Positions 56,954 through 64,000 of a DNA stretch of 64,000 nucleotides are shown in pieces. The notes beneath the pieces are model-generated. The model was not told the DNA's origin. It was given only the letters and a program-made list of their open reading frames with translations, and did no database searches. Each line of letters begins with the position of its first letter. Position 1 is the stretch's first letter. This DNA is from an uncultured Bacteroidales bacterium (GTDB lineage: Bacteria; Bacteroidota; Bacteroidia; Bacteroidales; UBA932). The DNA lies in the NCBI GenBank assembly GCA_937899055.1, contig CALBPX010000061.1, forward strand, positions 48,294 to 112,293. The letters run 5' to 3'. The translations under genes were made by a program, and so were the position numbers.

Positions 56954-58207
56954 ATGAACATCAAAAAACTATTTGTAACAGCAGCCGTTTGCGTATTTGC
57001 TTTTGCAAGTGCAAACGCTCAGGTTATCAAAGGCACTGAGGCTCAGACTCTTAGAGGTCCTTATGAGACCAACCGTTTATTCGACAACATCTTCTTTGGT
57101 GTAGCTGGTGGTGTAAATCTGTATCAGGCAGAGCAGGATCATCATCTTTCATTCCATCGCAGATTGTCTCCGGCAGTTCAGGGCTATGTTGGAAAGTGGA
57201 TTACTCCAAGTTTCGGTATCAGACTCGGCTACTACGGAATTAAGGCACGTGGTTTTTACCACAATGACGATGCTGCAACCCCTGCACCTCCTGCATGGAG
57301 CGGCAACGCTTATGTTGACCCTGCAGACAGCTATGACTATGGCTACAAGCAGCATTTCAGAATTCACTATGTAAGAGGTGATCTGATGTGGAACATCTCC
57401 AACGCTATCGGTGGCTACAGAGCTGACAGATTCTGGGATATTGCTCCTTACATCGGAGCAGGTGTAGCTCAGAACTGCATTCCTGGCAAATACCCTAAAC
57501 TGGCTGAGGGCAGACCTAACAGCAGAAATTCAGAAATTGCAGTATCTGCAGGTATCTACAACATGTTCAGAGTATGCAGCGCACTGGATGTTACCTTGGA
57601 TATTACCCACACTCTCTTCCACGACACTTTTGACGGTCAGAAAGCAGGTTCTCGCAGAGACTATATGACAACTGTAGCTCTCGGTCTTGCTTATCAGTTC
57701 AAGAACAGAGAGTTCTCAAGGGCTCATGCTCCTGTTGACGTATCTTCTTACACTTCCAAGATCAACGATCTGAACAAGTCTCTTCAGGACATCAACGCAA
57801 GGAACAAGAAGCTTCAGGAAGATCTTGACGCTGAAAAGGCAAAGGAAGGCACTGGCAAGACCGTTTATGTACCTGGCGAAACCAAGTACGAACCGGCTCC
57901 GTTTGCAGTTTACTTCCCTCTTGGCAAATCTACCCTTACCGAGGACCAGAAGAACAGCATCAAGTACTTTGTTGAGACTTCTATGGCTAACAACAAAGAC
58001 CGCGTATTTGAAATTGCAGGTGCAGCAGACAGCGCAACTGGTTCTGCTAAGACCAACGAGAGACTCGGCCAGGCTCGTCTGGACGCAGTTCTCAACATCA
58101 TCAAGGCTTGCGGCGGAAACTACAAGATCTCCGAGAAGAACCTCGGCGGTACTATGGAGTTCAGCCAGACCGACAAGACTCTCAACCGCGTAGTTGTTAT
58201 CAAGTAA
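56954..58207 (+). CDS. OmpA family outer membrane protein, paralogue 2
   Basis: Same architecture as paralogue 1, with long identical nucleotide tracts. MNIKKLFVTAAVCVFAFASANAQ start preferred; the ORF is open from 56921. Confidence 0.85.
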   Translation: MNIKKLFVTAAVCVFAFASANAQVIKGTEAQTLRGPYETNRLFDNIFFGVAGGVNLYQAEQDHHLSFHRRLSPAVQGYVGKWITPSFGIRLGYYGIKARGFYHNDDAATPAPPAWSGNAYVDPADSYDYGYKQHFRIHYVRGDLMWNISNAIGGYRADRFWDIAPYIGAGVAQNCIPGKYPKLAEGRPNSRNSEIAVSAGIYNMFRVCSALDVTLDITHTLFHDTFDGQKAGSRRDYMTTVALGLAYQFKNREFSRAHAPVDVSSYTSKINDLNKSLQDINARNKKLQEDLDAEKAKEGTGKTVYVPGETKYEPAPFAVYFPLGKSTLTEDQKNSIKYFVETSMANNKDRVFEIAGAADSATGSAKTNERLGQARLDAVLNIIKACGGNYKISEKNLGGTMEFSQTDKTLNRVVVIK

Positions 58208-58228
58208 AGATCAACTTATCTGAAACTG

Positions 58229-58260
58229 AGGGGATGACCAAAGGGCCATCCCCTTTATTT
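58229..58260 (+). terminator. rho-independent terminator after OmpA paralogue 2
   Basis: GGGGATG ..ACCAAAGGGC.. CATCCCC followed by TTTATTTT. Confidence 0.75.
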
Positions 58261-58268
58261 TCCTGTAC

Positions 58269-59069
58269 ATGAAGATTGTCATTAACCCCAAATATGAATT
58301 TCTGAGAGACTTTGTTACAGGTATTCTGCAACGCTCCTACAAGGTTGACAAAACCTACCGTAACTTCAGGAACATAGTAGAAGAAACCCGTGTTGGCGGA
58401 GTACATGCAGTAGTAAAGATCTTTAAGAAGCCTACTGAATTCAACCGTGTGGTTTACAGCTTCCTGCGGCCTACCAAAGCAAAGCGTTCATACGAATACT
58501 CAATAAGGCTTCTTAAAAACGGAATAGACGTTCCGGAGCCTATAGCCTATCTGGAAAAATTCAAGGGGCCGTTCTTCCATACCGGTTGCTATATCTGCGT
58601 TTATACAGATTATTCATCCATTGCAGATTTTAAAGACATAAATCTTTCGGATGCAACGCAGAGGCAAAGGCTGGACAGTTTTCTGACCCAGTTTTCCGCC
58701 TATGTTGCAGATTTCCATTCAAAGGGTCTGGTTCATAACGACTTCAACATAGACAACATCCTTTATAAGGAAACAGACAGAACTCTCAGTTTTCAGCTGA
58801 TAGACCTTAACCGTGTGCAGTTCCACAACCGCAGCCTCCAAAAATGCGCAAAGGATTTCAGCAGCATCCATTTTCCGGACCAGATGATGGATGTGATTGT
58901 TGACCGGTACTGCATGCTCAGAAATTTGGACAAAAACATCTTCCTCAAAAAACTGGCCCGCAGCAGAGGCAGGGCAAAAGGCGTAACAAAAATCAAGGAC
59001 ATTGTACTTACCCCTCTGGGGCTGAGGAAGAAACGGCCGGCAGACGGCATTCTTAAAAAGGAGAATTAG
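58269..59069 (+). CDS. lipopolysaccharide (Kdo/InaA-type) kinase family protein
   Basis: GLVHNDFNIDNILYKE catalytic-loop-like motif, QLIDLNRV. 266 aa protein-kinase-like fold. Confidence 0.6.
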   Translation: MKIVINPKYEFLRDFVTGILQRSYKVDKTYRNFRNIVEETRVGGVHAVVKIFKKPTEFNRVVYSFLRPTKAKRSYEYSIRLLKNGIDVPEPIAYLEKFKGPFFHTGCYICVYTDYSSIADFKDINLSDATQRQRLDSFLTQFSAYVADFHSKGLVHNDFNIDNILYKETDRTLSFQLIDLNRVQFHNRSLQKCAKDFSSIHFPDQMMDVIVDRYCMLRNLDKNIFLKKLARSRGRAKGVTKIKDIVLTPLGLRKKRPADGILKKEN

Positions 59070-59091
59070 CCGGCACAGAGCAACAAAAAAA

Positions 59092-59121
59092 CAAGCACCT
59101 ACATTAATTTGTAAGTGCTTG
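59092..59121. terminator. bidirectional hairpin between the kinase gene (+) and tRNA-Asn (-)
   Basis: CAAGCACCTAC ATTAATTT GTAAGTGCTTG (11-bp stem, one mismatch), preceded by A7 and followed by ATTTTTATT. Confidence 0.6.
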
Positions 59122-59131
59122 ATTTTTATTG

Positions 59132-59205
59132 CGCCTGCACAAGGACTTGAACCTAGGACCCCATGATTAACAGTCATGTGCTCTAACCAACTGAGCTATG
59201 CAGGC
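59132..59205 (-). tRNA. tRNA-Asn (anticodon GTT)
   Basis: Manual fold of the reverse complement: GCCTGCA TA GCTC AGTTGGTTA GAGC A CATGA CTGTTAA TCATG GGGTC CTAGG TTCAAGT CCTTG TGCAGGC G. 7-bp acceptor stem, GTT anticodon, discriminator G, one T:T mismatch in the T stem, no encoded CCA. Confidence 0.9.
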
Positions 59206-59217
59206 GTTTTGGGACTG

Positions 59218-59225
59218 CAAAAGTA
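59218..59225 (-). promoter_or_regulatory. -7 box TACTTTTG for tRNA-Asn
   Basis: Reverse complement of CAAAAGTA. 12 nt upstream of the tRNA 5' end. Confidence 0.5.
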
Positions 59226-59286
59226 TATTTTTTTTGATAATGTTCCAAATCTTTTCGCAGAATTAATCAAAATCGGCAAATTAGAG

Positions 59287-59294
59287 TAACTTTG
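59287..59294 (+). promoter_or_regulatory. -7 box TAACTTTG for the HU-like repeat protein gene
   Basis: Exact TAnnTTTG 19 nt before ATG 59314. Confidence 0.45.
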
Positions 59295-59313
59295 CCCTGT
59301 AAAACCAGAAATT

Positions 59314-60189
59314 ATGGACAAGGCCCTTCTGTCTCAAATATTCAGAGATATAATCCTCAGCCACAATCAGCTGATACTTCCGTTTATGGGATGTATTAAA
59401 CTTGAGGATGTTCCGGCTTCTTTTTCTGAGGGTGGGCTTGTGGTAACTCCGCCCTCCAAGCGGCTCTATTTTGACAATTACAACCTTTCTTCAAACGACA
59501 TTCTGCTGAACGAATATGCTTCTGCCAGAGAGGTCTCGAGAATGGCTGCAAAAAAGGCCCTTTATGCCGAACTGGAGGAACTTAGGAATATCGCCGAGAA
59601 AGAAGGCCGTTTTGAGTTGGATGGGTTCGGAACCTTTGTCTATGACAAAGAAAACGGCTATACTATAGAGACTTCTCCGGACTTTATGATTTCCAGAGAT
59701 ACATTCGGGCTCTCCACGCTTGACCTCAGAGACGAGGAAAAGATTGAGGCGGAGAAAGCAGCGGCGGAGAAAGCCGAGAGAGAGCGCATTGAGGCGGAGC
59801 AGAAAGCAGCCGCTGAGAAGGCGGCAGCGGAGAGAGCTGAGAGAGAGCGCATTGAGGCAGAGCAGAAAGCAGCCGCTGAGAAGGCAGCGGCGGAGAAAGC
59901 CGAGAGAGAGCGCATTGAAGCAGAGCAGAAAGCAGCAGAAGAGAAAGCAGCAGCTGAGAAAGCAGCAGCTGAAAAGGCTGAGAAAGAAAAGAAAGCATCG
60001 CTGAGGAAAACAGCGGAGAAAGCCGACAAAAGCAAAAGCCCAAAATGGCTTTGGGCTTTGCTGACAGTCATAGCTGTTGTTTTAATAGCCTGTGTCCTGA
60101 TTTATTTCTTCAGGGAAGACCTTAAGCCTTACCTTGAGAGGATTCTGTACAGCAAGGAAGAACTCGAAATCCTCAACTATAAACTTTAG
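59314..60189 (+). CDS. membrane-anchored protein with HU/CCDC81-like N-terminal domain and repetitive coiled-coil
   Basis: N-terminus [16 protein letters not shown]...[11 protein letters not shown] and GFGTF resemble HU-CCDC81 bacterial domains. Three [21 protein letters not shown] repeats. C-terminal TM helix [22 protein letters not shown]. Confidence 0.45.
   Translation: MDKALLSQIFRDIILSHNQLILPFMGCIKLEDVPASFSEGGLVVTPPSKRLYFDNYNLSSNDILLNEYASAREVSRMAAKKALYAELEELRNIAEKEGRFELDGFGTFVYDKENGYTIETSPDFMISRDTFGLSTLDLRDEEKIEAEKAAAEKAERERIEAEQKAAAEKAAAERAERERIEAEQKAAAEKAAAEKAERERIEAEQKAAEEKAAAEKAAAEKAEKEKKASLRKTAEKADKSKSPKWLWALLTVIAVVLIACVLIYFFREDLKPYLERILYSKEELEILNYKL
59761..59946 (+). repeat. three tandem 60-63 nt in-frame repeats
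   Basis: Units begin near 59761, 59821 and 59884. Each encodes [20 protein letters not shown]. Confidence 0.85.
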
Positions 60190-62291
60190 CCTACAGAGGC
60201 TCCGTTGACCATCACTTCCTGCGGAGTGATGAACCGCATCTTGCCGGAGCTGTCTTTTGACATCAGAATCATGCCGTTGCTCTCTATTCCCCTGATCTTG
60301 CGGGGCTTGAGGTTTGCAAGTATGCAAATCTGCTTGCCAACCATATCTTCGGGTCTGTAATACTCGGCGATTCCTGAAACAATTACTCTGCGGTCTATTC
60401 CGGTATCTATGGTGAGTTTCAGGAGTTTGTCTGTCTTTGGAACGGCCTCCGCTTCAAGTACCGTGGCGGTGCGGATATCCATCTTTTCAAATTCCTCAAA
60501 GGTACATTCGGGCTTCTGGGGCTGAACCTGCTTTGCCTGTTCGGCCTTTTCCTTTTCCAGGTTGGCCTTCTTGATGGCTTCCAGGCGGTCTGTCTGGGCC
60601 TTGATGGCCTCGTCTTCAATCTTGCTGAAAAGAAGCTCCGGAGTGCCCAGCTGGTCTCCTTCCTTGAGGAAATCCAGGCGGCCGAGATTCTCCCAGCGGA
60701 TGTTTCCTTCCGGTGCGCTTACGGGGCAGATTTCATCTTTCTTTTCTGCCAGAGACAGCATTGCCTGAAGTTTCTTTGAGGAGAATGGGCAGAACGGCTC
60801 AAATGCAATGGAAAGGTTGGCGCATATCTGCAGGCATAGGTTCAGAATTACGGCTACCCTCTGAGGGTCGGTCTTGAAGACCTTCCATGGTTCGGTATCG
60901 GTGAGGTACTTGTTGCCGAGCCTTGCAAGGTTCATGGCCTCTTTGACTGCATCTCTGAACTTGAAGTGTTCCAGGTAATTGTTCAGGTTGGCAACAATCT
61001 CAGGAATGGCACTTGTCATCTTGCGGTCTTCTTCTGTGAGCATATCCTGGCTGTAACCCGGAACTTTACCTGCGAAGTACTTGTTTGTAAGAACAAGGGC
61101 GCGGTTTACAAAGTTTCCGTAGATGGCTACAAGTTCGCTGTTGTTGCGGGCCTGAAAATCTTTCCAGGTAAAGTCGTTGTCTTTGGTTTCCGGAGCATTG
61201 GCGCAGAGTACATATCTCATGACATCCTGCTGGCCGGGGAACTGTTCCAGATATTCTTCCAGCCAGATTGCCCAGTTGCGGCTGGTGGAAATTTTGTCTC
61301 CTTCCAGATTCAGGAACTCGTTGGCCGGAACGTTGTCCGGAAGGATGAAGCCGTTGCCGTAAGCCTTGAGCATAGAAGGAAATACTATGCAGTGGAAGAC
61401 TATGTTGTCTTTGCCTATGAAGTGTATCATTCTGGTATCGTGGCTCTTCCACCATTTTTCCCAATCGTTTGGCAGCAGTTCTTTGGTGTTGGAAATGTAG
61501 CCTATGGGGGCATCAAACCAGACATACAGAACCTTGCCCTCCGCTCCCTCAAGCGGTACGGGAACTCCCCAGTCCAAATCTCTGGTAACTGCTCTGGGCT
61601 TCAGACCTCCGTCTATCCAGCTTTTGCACTGGCCGTAAACATTGGTCTTCCACTCTTTATGACCGTCTATTATCCATTCTTTTAGCCAGTTTTCGTATTT
61701 GTCCAAAGGCAGGTACCAGTGCTTTGTCTTTTTCTTTTCCGGCTTTTCTCCGCTGAGCCTGGAGTGAGGGTCTATGAGTTCATCCGGAGAGAGTGTGCTT
61801 CCGCATTTTTCGCATTGGTCGCCGTAGGCTTTTTCGTTGCCGCATTTAGGACAGGTTCCCATGATGTAGCGGTCTGCAAGAAAGACCTTTGCCGCCGGAT
61901 CATAATACTGCTCGCTTTCCTGCTCAATGAACTTTCCTTCATCGTAGAGTTTCCTGAAGAACTCTCCGGCGGTTTCCGCATGGATTTTGGAACTGGTTCT
62001 GGAATAGATGCTGAAGCTTATTCCAAAACGGTTGAAACTGTCTTTTATGATGGTGTGATACTTGTCCACAATTTCTTGTGGAGAGCATCCTAAGTCTTTG
62101 GCTTTGAAGGTAATCGGAACGCCATGTTCGTCGCTTCCGCAGATGAAGAGCACATCTTCTCCCTTCAGGCGGAGGTAACGCACGTAGATATCGGCCGGAA
62201 CATAAACTCCGGCAAGATGACCGATATGCACGCTTCCGTTTGCATAAGGAAGGGCTGCGGTAACAAGATGTCTCTTGAAATTCTTTTCCAT
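60186..62291 (-). CDS. metG: methionine--tRNA ligase with C-terminal tRNA-binding (Trbp111/EMAP-like) domain
   Basis: [14 protein letters not shown] (HIGH), zinc knuckle CPKCG...CEKCG, KISTSRN (KMSKS variant), C-terminal domain [25 protein letters not shown]. Confidence 0.96.
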   Translation of the reverse strand: MEKNFKRHLVTAALPYANGSVHIGHLAGVYVPADIYVRYLRLKGEDVLFICGSDEHGVPITFKAKDLGCSPQEIVDKYHTIIKDSFNRFGISFSIYSRTSSKIHAETAGEFFRKLYDEGKFIEQESEQYYDPAAKVFLADRYIMGTCPKCGNEKAYGDQCEKCGSTLSPDELIDPHSRLSGEKPEKKKTKHWYLPLDKYENWLKEWIIDGHKEWKTNVYGQCKSWIDGGLKPRAVTRDLDWGVPVPLEGAEGKVLYVWFDAPIGYISNTKELLPNDWEKWWKSHDTRMIHFIGKDNIVFHCIVFPSMLKAYGNGFILPDNVPANEFLNLEGDKISTSRNWAIWLEEYLEQFPGQQDVMRYVLCANAPETKDNDFTWKDFQARNNSELVAIYGNFVNRALVLTNKYFAGKVPGYSQDMLTEEDRKMTSAIPEIVANLNNYLEHFKFRDAVKEAMNLARLGNKYLTDTEPWKVFKTDPQRVAVILNLCLQICANLSIAFEPFCPFSSKKLQAMLSLAEKKDEICPVSAPEGNIRWENLGRLDFLKEGDQLGTPELLFSKIEDEAIKAQTDRLEAIKKANLEKEKAEQAKQVQPQKPECTFEEFEKMDIRTATVLEAEAVPKTDKLLKLTIDTGIDRRVIVSGIAEYYRPEDMVGKQICILANLKPRKIRGIESNGMILMSKDSSGKMRFITPQEVMVNGASVG

Positions 62292-62297
62292 ATCTGA

Positions 62298-64000
62298 TTA
62301 TTTTGCAAACTTGGCCTCTCTGAGCAGCCGGCTCTTTACTATGGACAGCCTCTGGATCTGTTGCGTAAGAAGTTTTATTTCTTCTTCCTTTTCCGGCTCC
62401 AGGGCAAGAAGTCTGGCTCTGAGAGTTTCAAGCTGCGAATTTATAACTTTTGACTTGTAAACATAAACCGTTCTGGGCAAAATTGCGTTCAGGCTGCTGG
62501 AAATATTGCCTGCGGACCCTTCTGCCGAGGTGAGGGTCTTGGATATGCCTTCAACGGAACTCTCGATTTTTGAAGAACGGAACCTGTAGGAAGCGGAAAG
62601 GAGGTCTATGGCTCTTGTGGCAATTTCCTGGTCCATATTGCTTACCAGCATCCTCTCCACCTTTGTTGTGCTGTCTGCGGCTCCAACCTCTGTAAAGTAG
62701 ATGTCGTAGATTTTTTTGAGAACAGGGTCTTTAATCTCCAGCCCGTCAACCCTGAGGGCTTCGCTGATATATTCTGCTACGGTGGGTTCATAAACCTTTT
62801 CTCCGCCAACCATGGCGTTGCGCATATTGTGGAGAATGTTCCTTCCGAACTTAATCAGCAGATATACAATGTCTTCCTCGCTCCGCTTAAGCTCTTCCTG
62901 TGCCCTGGTGGCTGCCGTTTTTTCAGTTGCTCTGCGATATGCGGTTGGGTCTGGGGCCGTTACATAGTTCCTCTGCCCGCTCTTATACAGCGAAGCCTGA
63001 TTCATCCTTTCCTGCCTGAGCGAAACAACCTTGTCTGAAAAGTCGCTGCGCCCTACTCCCAGCAGTTCGGCCGCCTTGTTCATGTAGGCACTCCTTATGC
63101 CGGCATCGTCTATCATGGAAACGCTCTGGGCTATCTCGTTAATCATACGCCCTTCTTCGTAGGGGTCGTCGCTGAGATTAGCTGAAAGCGTACGGTACTG
63201 ATACAGAATAAAATCCTCTTCTGCACTCTGGAGAAAGTCCTCTATTTCCTCTCTGGTATGCTTGCGGGCGAACGAGTCCGGATCGTCTCCGTCCGGAATC
63301 AGCACAACCTTTACATTCATGCCTTTTTGCAGGAACATGTTTATGCCCTTCAGAGCAGCGTTTATTCCGGCTTTGTCTCCATCGTAGATTATGGTGATTT
63401 TCTGGGTGAACCTCTTCAGGAGCATTACCTGTTCTTCGGTAAGGGCCGTTCCGCAGCTGGCAACAACGTTTTCTATTCCGGCCTGGTGCATTGAAATGAC
63501 ATCGGTATAGCCTTCTACCAGGTAGCAGTTCTTGCTCTGCGATATGGCATTCCTTGCCTCATACAGGCCGTAGAGCACGCGTTTTTTCTGATATACCTCG
63601 CTTTCGGGGGAGTTCATGTACTTGACCGGACTTTTGTCTTTGGACAGAATTCTTCCGCCGAAGGCCACTATCTTTCCGTTGAGAGAACGGATGGGGAACA
63701 TCACCCTTTCATGAAACTTGTCTGAAAGTTCTCCGGCATAGGGGCCGTCCTGCTTTTGTACTGAAAGGCCGAGTTCTACCAGAAACTCTTTCTTGTAACC
63801 GGCTGCAATGGCCTGTCTTGTAAAGGAGTCTCTTTCTTTGTCGGCATATCCCAGGGCAAATTCGCGAATGGTTCTTTCTGTAAATCCTCTTTCCTTGAAG
63901 TAACTCAGCCCCACAGCCTTGCCTTCTTCTGTGCCAAAAAGGGCGTCTGTAAATGCCTTGCCTGCATATTCGTTTATGATGAGAAGAGAATCGCGATGAT
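62298..64000 (-). CDS. dnaG: DNA primase DnaG, C-terminal ~567 aa (zinc-finger N-terminus lies beyond window end)
   Basis: TOPRIM block YLVEGYTDVISMHQAGIENVVASCGTALT and IYDGDKAGINAA. The frame stays open upstream of the track's GTG start to position 64000 (..HRDSLLIINEYAGKAFTDALFGTEEGKAV..). Confidence 0.9.
   Translation of the reverse strand, partial: HRDSLLIINEYAGKAFTDALFGTEEGKAVGLSYFKERGFTERTIREFALGYADKERDSFTRQAIAAGYKKEFLVELGLSVQKQDGPYAGELSDKFHERVMFPIRSLNGKIVAFGGRILSKDKSPVKYMNSPESEVYQKKRVLYGLYEARNAISQSKNCYLVEGYTDVISMHQAGIENVVASCGTALTEEQVMLLKRFTQKITIIYDGDKAGINAALKGINMFLQKGMNVKVVLIPDGDDPDSFARKHTREEIEDFLQSAEEDFILYQYRTLSANLSDDPYEEGRMINEIAQSVSMIDDAGIRSAYMNKAAELLGVGRSDFSDKVVSLRQERMNQASLYKSGQRNYVTAPDPTAYRRATEKTAATRAQEELKRSEEDIVYLLIKFGRNILHNMRNAMVGGEKVYEPTVAEYISEALRVDGLEIKDPVLKKIYDIYFTEVGAADSTTKVERMLVSNMDQEIATRAIDLLSASYRFRSSKIESSVEGISKTLTSAEGSAGNISSSLNAILPRTVYVYKSKVINSQLETLRARLLALEPEKEEEIKLLTQQIQRLSIVKSRLLREAKFAK

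Noticed and set aside
59070-59313. Checked the tRNA-Asn neighbourhood for an integrated element (integrase, or a direct repeat of the tRNA 3' end).
   Set aside because: There is no integrase or other mobile gene on either side. By eye I found no duplicated copy of the tRNA 3' segment within the window. The flanking genes are ordinary core genes.

Overview
This window reads as a gene-dense, mostly core chromosomal segment of a Bacteroidota genome, probably Bacteroidales (Prevotella/Porphyromonas-like). Support for that: TAnnTTTG -7 promoter boxes in most intergenic gaps, no Shine-Dalgarno sequences, rnfBCDGEA gene order preceded by rseC, a tandem OmpA-like pair, and a long-tailed S16. I can support 54 protein genes. 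Two are cut by the window edges: queG at the start and dnaG at the end. There is also one tRNA-Asn(GTT). Content is dominated by housekeeping functions: translation (alaS, metG, fmt, rpsP-rimM, rpsF-rpsR-rplI, tgt, queG), replication (dnaB, dnaG), envelope (two LptF/G permeases, a lipid A-type acyltransferase, a flippase, a GT2, OmpA x2, a Kdo/LPS-type kinase), energy (Rnf complex), peptidases (M16, PepD, a large zinc metalloprotease), and one TetR-TolC-MFP-RND efflux operon. I found no CRISPR array, transposase, integrase, prophage or recognisable multi-gene defence locus, and no convincing multi-gene novel system. The items most worth a second look are: (1) one uninterrupted ORF fusing a complete dUTPase to MurF; (2) an A/T-rich one-gene islet encoding an ATPase_2/DUF234-type ATPase with a C-terminal D...ExK nuclease-like motif; (3) three perfect-phase 16-nt tandem repeats abutting the alaS start codon; (4) mosaic identity tracts between the OmpA paralogs; (5) several low-complexity A/K/E/P-rich extensions on otherwise conserved proteins. 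All calls come from reading the translations and the DNA by eye; no searches were run.
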